Source: Anthoceros angustus
Lineage: Eukaryota > Plantae > Anthocerotophyta
Assembly: GCA_010909165.1 (NCBI GenBank)
Contig: MU008170.1
Coordinates: forward strand, 1,302,001 to 1,366,000
Reading direction: 5' to 3'
Length of the DNA stretch: 64,000 nt
Shown: piece by piece, positions 41,504-53,500 of the stretch
Numbering within the stretch: position 1 is the stretch's first letter
How the letters are laid out: the number at the start of each line of letters is the position of its first letter
The notes under the pieces: generated by a model
What the model was told of the DNA's origin: nothing
The model's database searches: none
The model's input: only the letters and a program-made list of their open reading frames with translations
Translations under genes and position numbers: made by a program

Positions 41504-44200
41504 TGTTAGATTGTGAGAGGATGTTACTAACCTACAAGTTATTATTTATGATTTATTTAATATCTAGGTTAGTGGTGAACGATCACACCTGCTCACATGA
41601 AGTAGTTAAGATAATTTTGTATTCAAATTTAATTAATTGCTTTTATTCCTTTTTGCAATTCTATGAGCTTCCGCTCACAAAGTCTCTTGATATCAGAGCA
41701 CCAGGTGCTCAATGTTTGAGTACATGTTAGATCTATGATTTTCTATCTATACTACAGCTTTGCTAGTATTCTAGGACCTTATGGCTTCTAGCTCTACAAT
41801 GCTTTGCTTGTTCAATCTGAATATGTGACAAACAGAACAGCAATGACGCGGAGGACAAAGCATCGTTTTTAGGATCTATTTTATTTCTCTAATTGTGCTG
41901 ATCATCTTAAAGCCCAGGCAGAACTAGACAACAAACTCCTCAGGAACCGGACACCTGACCAAGTTCCGAGTTCCAGACATCCTAGGAGGACATAGGCGCA
42001 CAAATCCGATGTAAAGAATTGTCGTGGTGCCTCTCCCCGTCCATGTCCTTGCATTCATCATTCAAAGGTTTACAATCATGATCAGTACCAAACAGAAGAC
42101 CGGAATCTGGAGATTGTTGACCATACATGTGCTGGACAGCTTCTGAATTCCTGCCTTCAATCTACATAAAATTTGTTGATGAGGGTTTCCACACAGCTGG
42201 CTGGTAGGATTACCTCAGTATGTAAAAGACTCCAAGAAATTCAGGCCACTGTAGATGAAGTGGTTATCTCCCTTGAACAATTGAACTCTGGTAGAATTGC
42301 GGCCTTCTCTATGAGGGATCCAATTTCTGCATTGTACTGTCCTAGCCTCAAGCAACGACGTGAGGAGGCGTCCAAGGGGGTAGCGCTATAATTCTTACCA
42401 TGATTGTGGCGCCTCAAGCCAGAATTTCAGTGATTGCTTGCAGAATTTTGCTGGATTCTGCAGCATCTTGTTGCTAGCTATCAAGAGGTGTCACGGGACT
42501 TGGTGGCAGTTGGTTTAGGTTGCCACCTAGAAAGGTGCCCTAACTTTAGTTTCCAGCTGTGCTCCTTATTTTCTGGTAACCCTAAAAACACAAAAATGAA
42601 AGGTTATTAGTTAAGTTTTGTACCCCTTCAACTTTCCTTCAGTTTGCTGCCTCCTGTCTTCACCTTTGTTATTCTTGTCCAGCCAGCATTTTTCCAGTTT
42701 ATGTCTGGATACTAGTGGGACTCTAGCAATGACCTAGATGAGGACACAGACACTGAAGCATATTTTCTTACCTCGTTAGCCTGTCAATTTCCTTCCTTCT
42801 CTCCACCTATTCCTTCTGTTTTTGTCAAAATGGCTAGAGGAACATCATACAGTGGAGAATTTAAGGAGAAGGACAGGTTTGATGGCAAATCTGCTAGGTA
42901 CGAGAGCTGGCGAGCTAGAATGAAGGCCTTCTTGGATGCACGTGATGTTTGGGAATTTGTGGATGGTTCTATTCCCAAACTAAGCACCAGTGCGAATTTT
43001 TTTTTTGCCATTTTGCTTTCTGGGTTGGATGAGGCCACTGTGATGGAGCTGTTGAGTTTCTACCAACTACAGCCGATGTCTGGAAACAATTGAATGACAC
43101 CTATCAAGTTCAGAACATTCTAACCTTAGTTGTTGCTAGAATTGACTTCTATGGGTTAAGGATGAAGGAAGGAGATACGATAGGAGCACACACCAGCAAA
43201 TTCACATACCTCAAGGCGCAGCTCTCCATACTTGGAAGCAAGCTTGAGGATATTGATGTTGTGGCTCAGCACCTATCCAGCCTTCCTCCTTCCTATCAGC
43301 AATTCGTTTCAAGTCAGAATTCTTCGCTGCGTTCTTCTGTGTCTGCAGTGAAAGCTAGTACGGCACCCACTCTTACCCTTAACGAGCTCATTGGCGCTCT
43401 ACATCAAGAGGAACAGAGTAGAACACGATCTGGTGGCACCGCAAGGGTGCGCACAGATAAAGTCCTTGTTGCATCCAAGGGAAAAACGTTTGGGCATGAG
43501 AGAGATAAGGGGAAGAAGAAGAAGTATCCGACATCTGCTCCCGCCGCTGCCAAATGTGAAGGTACCTGCAATTGGCGTCAAATTCCAGGTCACTGGGAGC
43601 GAGACTGTCGCAAGAAGAAGGCTAGAGAGCCACGGAAGGATTCCAAACCTGCAGCTCATGTAGCCTCCAAGGGATCTACCTCGCAGTCATCATCAAGAGT
43701 AGCTCTTCTGTCCTCACAGTCTGCCTTACGTGTTTCCGTGAAGTCTCCCCACTTTGGTTTATAGACTCTGGGGCTATAGCCCATGTCTGTAACAATAGAC
43801 TCCTGTTCACAACCTTCCACAGTTAGAAGGAGAAGCAGTTGGTCTATGGGGGGATTCTCGTGGAGTTGACGTGAAGGGGAGTGGTTCAGTTAACATACCT
43901 CTTGCTGATGGGTCACAGTTGCACCTGCTGGATGTTCTCTTCGTTCCTGGAATGTCGAAGAATTTGCTCTCTATAAGAGCCCTTACACAATCGCTTTGGT
44001 TGGATTCAGATTTGAGTTGAACAGCTGTTGTTTGTATAGGATTTCCAGTCTTGATCTGTGCATAGCAAGAGGTGTATTGGTTAATGAACTTTATTAGCTA
44101 CAAGTGTTGTCCAACATTCAACTATTGCTACATCGGCAAAAGCAGTTGCTAGACTTTGGCATGCTCGCCTTGGGCATATCAACAAGGCAAAATTGAGCTT
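41504..44200 (+). mobile_element. 5' part of a second Copia (probable LTR, PBS, long leader, degenerate gag-protease), 3'-truncated
   Basis: PBS-like TGATATCAGAGC at 41688-41699; gag YESWRARMKAFLDARDVWEFVDG, LRMKEGDTIGAH, LSSLPPSY; protease IDSGA near 43760; LWHARLGHIN near 44155. Confidence 0.8.
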
Positions 44201-46076
44201 GAAATGGATATGGATTGAAATGAGAGAGATTAAAATTCGGGGTGCAACGAGTGGCAAAAATAATTGGAGATACTTTCTAGTTCTAGTCATGCTTCTTTGT
44301 TTTGGCCAGCATAGTTTGTGTTATAAAAGTGATAGATAATTGGTTCAGTTTAAAATCCCCTTACTCTAATAATTTGTAGTCTTGAACTCAAAATCATGGA
44401 AATTATTTTCAAATTTCAACGGTTTTCTATGCACGCTGTTTGAAATTACTCATGCCCTTATATTCATGATCGCAAATTTTACTTGAATCGCAACAGTGAA
44501 GAGAGAGACATGGCACGGCCAAATTTCTTTCTTATTCTCGAGTTCAGTGTAGGCCGCAGCTATCTTTCTATGGAGGTCATAGCAATTGAATACATTTTTT
44601 GTGTGTTGGACACCATCTTTGTGAGCGACCAAGGCTGTGTCGTGATCAGAAGTGTGAAAGGTGGTGTGTTTTTTCTCATTCTCTTGCGCAAGCAAGGGAT
44701 ACATGGCCTAATGTATGTAAGTCATAATGTGCATGGGTACACGACAAGTGGTTGTAAGCCCTAGTGTGAATGCGGACGCAGGCACACCGGCGCTCACAGA
44801 AAACCTATTTAAGGACACCGGCATGTCGGCGCCCTATGGAGGGAGCTTAAGAGCATAGGGTGCCAGCATATTGGCACCTTCATTAGTATGTATTATTTAC
44901 GTATCATAAAGTTTTGTTGTGTCCTAAAGTTGTTAAAGTGGTAAAAACCTCTGCTAACAATCATAGGTTACGAGTTCGAGATCCAAGTTGTAGTTTTTAT
45001 ATTAATTAAGTTGAGTTTCTTTTAGGGCACCGGCATGCTGGTACTCACACACATGCGCTGTGCACCATACCTAGAGGCAAAATTTTGTCCAAACGGACCA
45101 AACCGCGACGAGGCAGTAACAAGACCCAAAAGTGTAAACCAAGAACATCAAGAATCACGGGTTTTCGGACTGTACGATAATTTGACGAAGAGACCCTGAG
45201 GTTCACTATCATGCCAACGCTTTGCCATGATGTCATATGCATAGTCAGCAAGCCCTAGCTAGCATATCATTCCAGAGCCCTGGACATAGACTGGGATATT
45301 AATGTAGTCACCTTGTGAGTAGAGGGCAAGCAATATGTAATGTCCGGAGAACGCTACGTACCGAACAAGCACTTGTTCACCGTATCAGCTTTCAATAAAG
45401 TCACAGCCACATGCAATTTCCAGTTTATAGCTGTGCTAAAGAGGGTGTTGCCCCTAGATGGCACACCAGAGTCTAGAGCAGCCCAAGCAAAGGAAGATGA
45501 GGCCAAGTTGCCTAGTGACTTCAAGGAGATGTTACAAGAGTATGCTGACATCTTCGCCGAGCCCACTAAGCTACCTCCGCAACGGGCAATAGATCATGGT
45601 ATCGATCTCCGGATCCTACCAGGCCATAAACCCGTAAGTATCCAACCTTAAAGAACTTCAATTTCAGAAAATGAAGAGATCAAAAGATAGGTTGATGAGT
45701 TCTTACAGAGTGGGTTGGTCTGGCCATTGGTATCTCCCTTTGGTCCACCCGTCCAGTTGGTGGCAAAACCAGATGGAAATTGGAGGCTATGCATAGACTA
45801 TAGAGGGCTAAACCGAGCCACAATCAGAAATTTATACCAGATGCCTAGAATAGATGAAATTCTAGACCAACTGCATGGGTCAAGCTACTTCACCAATATC
45901 GACCTTCGCTTGGGTTTCCACCACATCCGGATCAAGGAGGATGATGAGTTCAAAACGGCCTTCCGTACAAGGCATGGCCACTTTGAATTCACAGTGATGC
46001 CCTTTGGCCTCTCCAACGCCCCAACTACCTTCCAGTGCCTCATGCAAAAGATTTTGAGACCACTCTTGGGGAAAGG

Positions 46077-49000
46077 TGTGGTAGGGAAAACCCCGGGGCT
46101 TCCGAGATCCTCCCACTCTAGCGGCCACACTTATCCCACTGTCGCTTCGTACGTTGGGTTTCGTCCCATGAGACTTGTGTGAAAATTCGAGGTCCTGTGA
46201 CAACCGATCGCTATCTGCAGAGACACAACTTCTCAGCCTTCTAAACAAGCAAGGCGCCCTCTACTCTCCCTCTTACAGCAGCTGCACCACTTGCACTGCT
46301 CCGAAAAATCACCAATCCTCGACCTACAACGACACAACACAATTGCGGTGTCCCGCTTAGCGAGGAGCCTATCACGGCGCCTGTGGACCCCCGATCCACA
46401 CCGCACTGTCCCTACTTCTAAGACCACTCTTCCACTGTGAGCGCCTTTACTTGCAGATTTGGGATTCGTCCCTTAGGCTCGCCTGTGGCCTTCCACTAAC
46501 ACCTACACCTCTAATCCTCTACTCATCTTCTCATCCTCTTCCTCCTATTCTAACCTCCATCGGCTTCGACCGCCACTACGCACAACCGCCTGGGTCGGCC
46601 TCCACCAAGTTCTTCCTTGGGCGGTTGCTATGAGTTTGACACTGAGAACCTCCGAGTCTTTCCTGTAGTCTACCCTCAAGCCGAGAGTTCTCGGCATTGC
46701 CACACACCCAAAGCAAAGCAATTTCACAAAGAACCATTCACAAGGGGAGCAACTCGTTTAGGCACTTGCAGGGAGCAAGTCCTCCACCAAGCACTCCGAC
46801 CACCGCGACTTCCTCTCTACCAGACGCTGCGTTGGCTCACAGCCGGCACGAAATTCCTTTACAAGGGCAAAGGACTCGCGAGTATGGAAGCGCAAGACAT
46901 GATACTTTACTTTGTGAAATCCTCCTCCTCTTATAGGAGGCCTTCCACATACAACCTCCCTTAGGTGACCCTACTGCAGGTCACCTTTTCCAATATTCTA
47001 TTATTTCCTACCGCCAAAGATTTAATGTGCACCTAAGTCATTGTCGATCCTTGGTAAATTCTATTCTAGTAACTTCACCTAAGATCATCCTTAAAGGATG
47101 TCACACACCTATCCTTCTATTTCCTACTCAACATTTATGGTCTTTGACCATTCTAGTCCTCATCTATTTGGGGTGGCGTGTGTCCTTGTGGATTGGCTCC
47201 CTCGCCTCCTTTTGCTCCTTCCCTCGCCTCCTTCTTCCTTGCTCCTTCCTAATGTGTGGGGCAAGTACAATCTTGCCCCTTCCTCCATCTCCGGGGCGCA
47301 ATTCCTCCTCCAGCAATCGCGCCTCCGCGCACCTAGGCGCCTTTTCTCCAGCCTCCGCCGCTGGTCGCTACTCATCGCACACCGTAGTCCGGCAGAATGG
47401 GTAGGCCGACTACCTACCATGGTAGTCCGATTCATTTTCTTCTTCTCCCCATCTGCGCTGCCTCTTGGGTTGGAATCTTCCGTGCTCCTTTCCTCCGCTT
47501 GATTTGTCCATACCTATCATGGAGCATTCTCAAAGATTCTTCCTCCCCAATTGTCACCGACCACTAATCCTCCGGCCCTTTTCGCATCAGCCTCCTCTCC
47601 TGGCTCGGGCCCTTCCTCCCTCGCTCGTGGGGTGAGGGAACTTCTCACCCTCCTTCTTCCTTAACGGGTCGGATCCCGTCCCTGTTCTCCTCCGGTGGGA
47701 CTGTTTCTCCCACCTCCTCTTCTATTCCCCGCAGGGGTGTGTCACTGGCCTTCCACATAACCTCCCTTAGGCTCGCCTGTGGACCCCCGATCCACACCGC
47801 ACTTGTTGCACCACGGTAGTCGGACTACGGCGTGTGTTGTCTACCACGGTAGTCCGCATCACCGTTAGGGTGGTCACCACCGTGGTAGGGTGACCGTGAG
47901 GGCGGGCTCCCCTCCTTGCTCTCCGCGCCATCTTCCTCCTCGGCCGGCCTCTCCTCCTCCTCCGACTCGATTCCTGAGTCCATGTCACTGGCCTCATCAA
48001 AATCGAGGCCTCCGGCTGCACTTGCACTCCTTCATCATCATCATGAGGACCTATTGTCCTCCTCTTGGCCAACCGTAACACCTCATTGTTGGCCTTCAAA
48101 ATCTATTGTGGAGGTGAGCCCCAAGCTATGATATGCATTTGGAGATCATCAATCTCCGTGGGCCACTCTCCATCCTCACACCTACCCTTGTAGGCGCCCC
48201 TCCGCGCACCTGCGCCTTCTCCGCTCCGCTGGTCGCGCCCGTTCATCGCACCCTACGCGGTAGTCTGGCGGACTACGGTGGTGACTTCTACCATGGTAGT
48301 CGATATTCTTCTTCTTCTCCCCATCTGCTGCCTCTTGGGTTGGAATCTTCCGTGCTCCTTTCCTCTGTTTGATTTGTCCATACCTATCATGGAGCATTCT
48401 CAAAGATTCTTCCTCCCCAATTGTCGGGATTTCACTAATCCTCGGGCCCTTCCCTCGCCTCCTTCTCCACTTGCCACTTCCCTCGTGGGGTGAGGGAACT
48501 TCTCACCCTCCTTCTTCCAGGTGGATCCGTCCTTGTCTCCTCCGGTGGGGTTGTCTCCCCACCTCCTCTTCTATTCTGCGGTGTGTCACTGGACCCCGGC
48601 TCCTTCCTTCACAGCCGGGCCTCGGCGGCTCCCCAGCCCCCGCTCGCGGCACCCTACCGCGGTAGTCGGACTACGGCGTGGGGTGGTTGTCTACAGTAGT
48701 CTGGCGGACTACCGTGGTAATACTGTAGGGTGACCCCAGATGTCCCCCTCCTTGCTCCGCGCCATCTTCCTCCCCCGTGCGGCCTCTCCTTCCTCCGATT
48801 CTTGTTCCTCGGAGTCCATGGCCTCATCAAAGTCCGAGGCCTCGGTTGCACTGTTGCAACTCCTTCTGTCATCATCATGAGGACCTATTGTCCTCCTCTT
48901 GGCCAAACACCTCATTGTTGGCCTTCAAAATCTATTGTGGTGAGCCCCAAGCTATGATATGCATTTGGAGATCATCAATCTCCGTGGGCCACTCTCCATC

Positions 49001-52000
49001 CTCACACCTACCCTTGGCGTCCCTTGGTCAATTCTCCCACCTTGACATGGAGGTCACATTCTCCTCCTTGCTTCCTCACGGCTAATTTGCTTGAAGGGCA
49101 TAGTCCGCCCAAAATCTCCGTTTTCTCACCACCAGCATTCTGTGCACCACCTTCTTGTGGCGCTCCTCTTCTTGGAACCTCCTTTGTTCCAATTCGGCCA
49201 GTTGCTTGGCAAGTCTCTCCTTCTCCACTTGCCACTCACTTCCCTCGCGCTCTAATTCTTGTACCTGCTGATCTTGAGCCTTTAGCTCCGCGCGCTTCTC
49301 TTCCAAGTTGAACCTGATCCTTCGCAATTCCTCTTCCATGTCCCGGATCTTGATGGCTTGGGTAGCCATCACCTGCTCTTGCGCGTCCAATTGTTGGACC
49401 GCTACCTTCTCCCTTCCGAGAGCCTCCGTTTTGCCCTTTCGCTCTTGCTCTAATTGGGCAAAATGCTCCTCCGCCTGCCTCGAATCCTTGGGTTGTTGCC
49501 CGAATGGCTCTCTCTTGATGTGACAACCTCCCTCTAGGACCTTCTCCGCCTCCTGGTCCATGAGATCACCGGAGTTTCTCCACGCCTTCTCCACTTGGCT
49601 GCCTCGCGACTCCATGGCTTCCAATTGCCATTTAGTCCCCGCCTCCTCCGCCATGTCTTGGGCCTTGACTTCCTCCCGACTTGCCCACAAGGAGGCTGCT
49701 AGCTCCTAGCCCCTTCAAAATCCACGGCCGAGTGCTCACAAGCACTCAAGAATTCTCCTAGGGGTCCTAATTCCACCCTCCTTCTTGCTGGAAATTTCCA
49801 GCCCCCGCCTCGGACCATCGCGCTGGGGGGTCCTCACCGCCGCCCCATCCGCCTTCCTCCGGTGGTGGCGGCCTAGGCGCTACCTACCGCCTTCCCTTCC
49901 TCATCATCAGGTGCTTGCCTACCACGGTAGTCCGCCTACCTACCATGGTAGTCCGCCTACCTACCATGGGGTGACCGCCTACCACGGTAGTCCGCCCACC
50001 CTCTTGGGTGCCTCCCCTCGGGTAGGGTGTGGGGTGCCTCTCTAGGCACAATGAGATGGTGGGGACTCCCCACCCTTGGGGCATCACCCCTCTGTGGTAG
50101 TCCTCCTCTCATAGACTACCATTCGGCCTTCCTCGGCCTTCCTGCCTCCTCCTCCTTGCTCTTGTGGGGAAAAGCTTCCCACTCGGCAACCTTGTTGCCT
50201 CTACATCCTCCGCCTTGCTTCCTCACCGGGCTAATTTTGTCAAGGGCATAGTCCGCCCAAAATCTCTTCCTCACCACCAAGATCTTGTGCACCACCTTCT
50301 TGTGGTGCTCCTCCTCTGGAACCTCCTTTGTTCCTCTCCTCCTCTTGGAACCTCCTTCTCCACTTGCCACCACTTCTCGGCCCAGCTCTGCAGCCGATCT
50401 TGAGCCTTTAGCTCCGGCTTCTTCCAAATTGAACCGGGTCCTTCAATTCCTCTTCCATGTCCCGGATCTTGATGGCTTGGGTAGCCATCACCGCTCTCAG
50501 GCCCATTTGTTGGACGCCACCTTTCCCTTCCTAGAGCCTGCTTTGCCCTTTCTCTCTTGCTCTAATTGGGGCAAAATGCTCTTCCGCCTGCCTCCGAAGT
50601 CCTTTGGGTTGTTGCCCGAATGGCTCTCTCCTCTGCGTGACAACCTCCCTCTAGACCTTCTCCGCCTCCTGGTCCATAGATCGCTACCGAGTTCTCCACG
50701 CTTTCTGCTTTTCCTCGCTGACTCCATGGCTTCCAATTGCCATTTAGTCCCCGCCTCCTCCGCCATGTCTTGGGCCTTGACTTCCTCGACATGCCCACAA
50801 GGAGGCTGCTAGCTCTAGCCCCTTCAACACGCGGCCGAGTGCTCACAAGCACTCAATTCTCCTAGGGGTCCTAATTCCACCCTCGCCTTGCTGGTCCAGC
50901 CCCCGCCTCCTCCTCGGACCATCGCGCTGGGGGGTCCTCACCGCCGCCCCATCCGCCTCCTCCTCCTCCGGTGGTGGCGGCCTAGGCGCCACGCTCCGCC
51001 TCCTTCCCTTCCCTACGCCGTCAGAGGTGCTTGCCTACCACGGTAGTCCGCCTACCTACCATGGTAGTCCGCCTACCTACCATGGTCGATCGCCTACCAC
51101 GGTAGTCCGCCCACCCTGGTAGCCGCCTCACCGGTAGGCGGGTGCCTCTCTAGGCACAATGAGATGGTGGGGACTCCCCACCCTTGGGGCACCCTCCCGT
51201 GGTAGTCCTCCTCTCATAGACTACCATCTCCTCCCGGCCTCGCTCCTCTCCTCCTCCTCCTGGGGAAAAGATTCCCACTCCGCAACCTTGTTGCCTACAT
51301 CCTCCGCCTTGCCCCTAGCATGCTTGTGGAGGTCCGACCTCCCACCGCCTTCCTCAATGCAAAAGGCAAAGGCCTTTCCAAGCTTGGCGAGATGAATTAT
51401 CTCAAGGATGCCAAGCATCTTCCAACTCCTTGCTTGTGAGAAGTCCCTCCGCTTTTCCCACAAATGCACCAAATAGGTGCTAAGGTGGCCTTGGCCCTTC
51501 CTCATCCACCGAATTTGGCTTGAGGAGCTTCTCCTGTGGTGGATGTAGGCCTCATACATGATGGTTCCCCAATCCGCTTGGCTCCCATGGAAATCTTCCA
51601 CAAAACCGGAGGAAGTTGGTGCTGAAATAAGAAGTCCTTGGTAATTCACCAACCCCAGACAATCTTCGCAAAGAGCCTCCACTTGACTCCTTGATGCTCT
51701 CGGTCTTCCAGCCATTCTTGGCATGGGCCTTCACCTCCGTCCATCATGTCGAGGAACTCTGCGGAATGAGAGGGCCGTCCTCTTCCTCCATTCGTCCTCT
51801 CGAGGAGAGCAATTCGAGCTCTCCTCCTCCGGCCTCCATACACTGCCGAATGCTCCACGGTCCAGCGGGATCGTTCGAGCATTCCTTTTCTAATCGGCGC
51901 TCCGATTGATGGAGGTTGATGAACACTCCTCAATCAATTCCAAATTGGTGTAGGCCCATTGGCGCCATACACCCATCCCAATTGGATGTTATCCTCCTCC

Positions 52001-53215
52001 GCCCATTGCCGGAAATCCACCAAGTCGCGGGGATTGAGTTGCCCCGCAAAACAAGTGAATTGGGGCATCTCGACTTCACCCCCTCCTGGCGGCGCAGCCT
52101 CCGCTGCTGCCTTCTTTCCTTTCCCACCTCGCGAGGAGGAACCCTTGACAGGCGGTTCCTTCCCCTTGCCTTTTCCCGCTCGGGGCATGGTGCCTGATTT
52201 TTCTCCAAATGCTTCAAGGGAAGTTACTCTTCCAATTTGGCAGCCCCGAGGTCTTGCTTCCAACACTCCTTCTCTTCGAGACCGGAAACAAAACCACATA
52301 ATTCCCACGTTAGGCTTGGCGACGCGCTTTCACTGTCACCACTTTTCCTCGCGAGTTCTCCTTCCAGGGCAAGGCGCCGCCGGCAGGTGAGCGCGATTCC
52401 TCTTTTCTCCGTTCACAATTTGCTCCACCTCGCGCCTTCAATCTCTTCAATCTCACACCGCGCTAGGCACCTCAACTTTGTGGCTCCCGCCTCCTCTTTC
52501 TCCGCTCACAATTTGCTCGCGCTCCTTCCTTGGTCCAAACACCTTTGGTGTTGGCGCTCGGTCTCCTCCTCTTCTCCTTCGCCTAGGGTTTCCTCTCTTT
52601 TGCGCGCCGCCCTCCTCTTGCTCGCAAGTCGCAGCGACGACGGCAATGGCGCCTTCTTCTTTTCTCGCGATTCTCCTTCCAGGCGCAGCCTCCGCCCAGC
52701 CTCTCAAGTGAGGACGCCACAAGAGGACCGCCCAAACCGCACTTTGCCTCTTTGGATGGCCACACGTGCACAACCCTAGATTTGGTCCATCATTCCAAAA
52801 TCCTAATCCTATCTGCCTATTTTTCTATTCTAGCCGCTACCCCTAATTAATCTATATATTTATTCCCCTATTGATGAGCATATATAGTGGATATTCTTCC
52901 TTATTCTAATTTTCTTTCTGACCGAGATTTTAGCGACCTCTGGTAATGCGCTCTTTTACTCGGCCTGTGTGGCGACCTCGGATGATGCCACCTACCGCCC
53001 TTCTTGCCATTACGCCTTGCACGGGGTCGTTTTGACCCGTTCTTTTTCCTGGGATATCCTCTTCGACTTCCTAACAATATCCTACAACTCCAGCTTCAAG
53101 GTTCTCAGAAAATTTCCTAGCATGCTCTTCTTCAATCGTTTTTAGCCAAAAAAAAATCAAACTTGTTTGTCTTCTGGCTCTTTTGGACTGGTTGCCCAAA
53201 CTTTTGCGTTCCACA
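46077..53215 (-). mobile_element. 7.1-kb TGTGG...CCACA insertion with 5-bp TSD (giant solo-LTR-like) carrying a degenerate minus-strand ORF
   Basis: TSD AAAGG at 46072-46076 and 53216-53220; host RT rejoins across it; ORF from ATG at 52188 (MPRAGKGKGKE...) with coiled-coil C-terminal parts; internal tandem duplications. Confidence 0.85.
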
Positions 53216-53500
53216 AAAGGGGTGGAAGTTTTTTTTTACGATATCCTGATATACTCTACAGACCCCACAACCCACGTTCAGCTAGTCAGACAAGTATTCA
53301 CCCTGCTTAGGAATAACAAGCTACTGGCCAAGCGGAGCAATTAAGTGTGTATTCATGAAAAATGAGTGTGAATACCTGGGCCATGTTATGAGCTCCGAGG
53401 GTATTAAGGTTGACCCTAGGAAGATTAAAGCTATATTAGGATGGCCCTTCCCCCAAGACATCACACAGCTCAGAGGGTTCCTTGGTATGGCAGGTTTTTA

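Noticed and set aside
44200-45250. Possible MITE or gene fragment (repeated CACCGGCATG motifs; ORF 44450-44704)
   Set aside because: No clear TIR/TSD or protein motif
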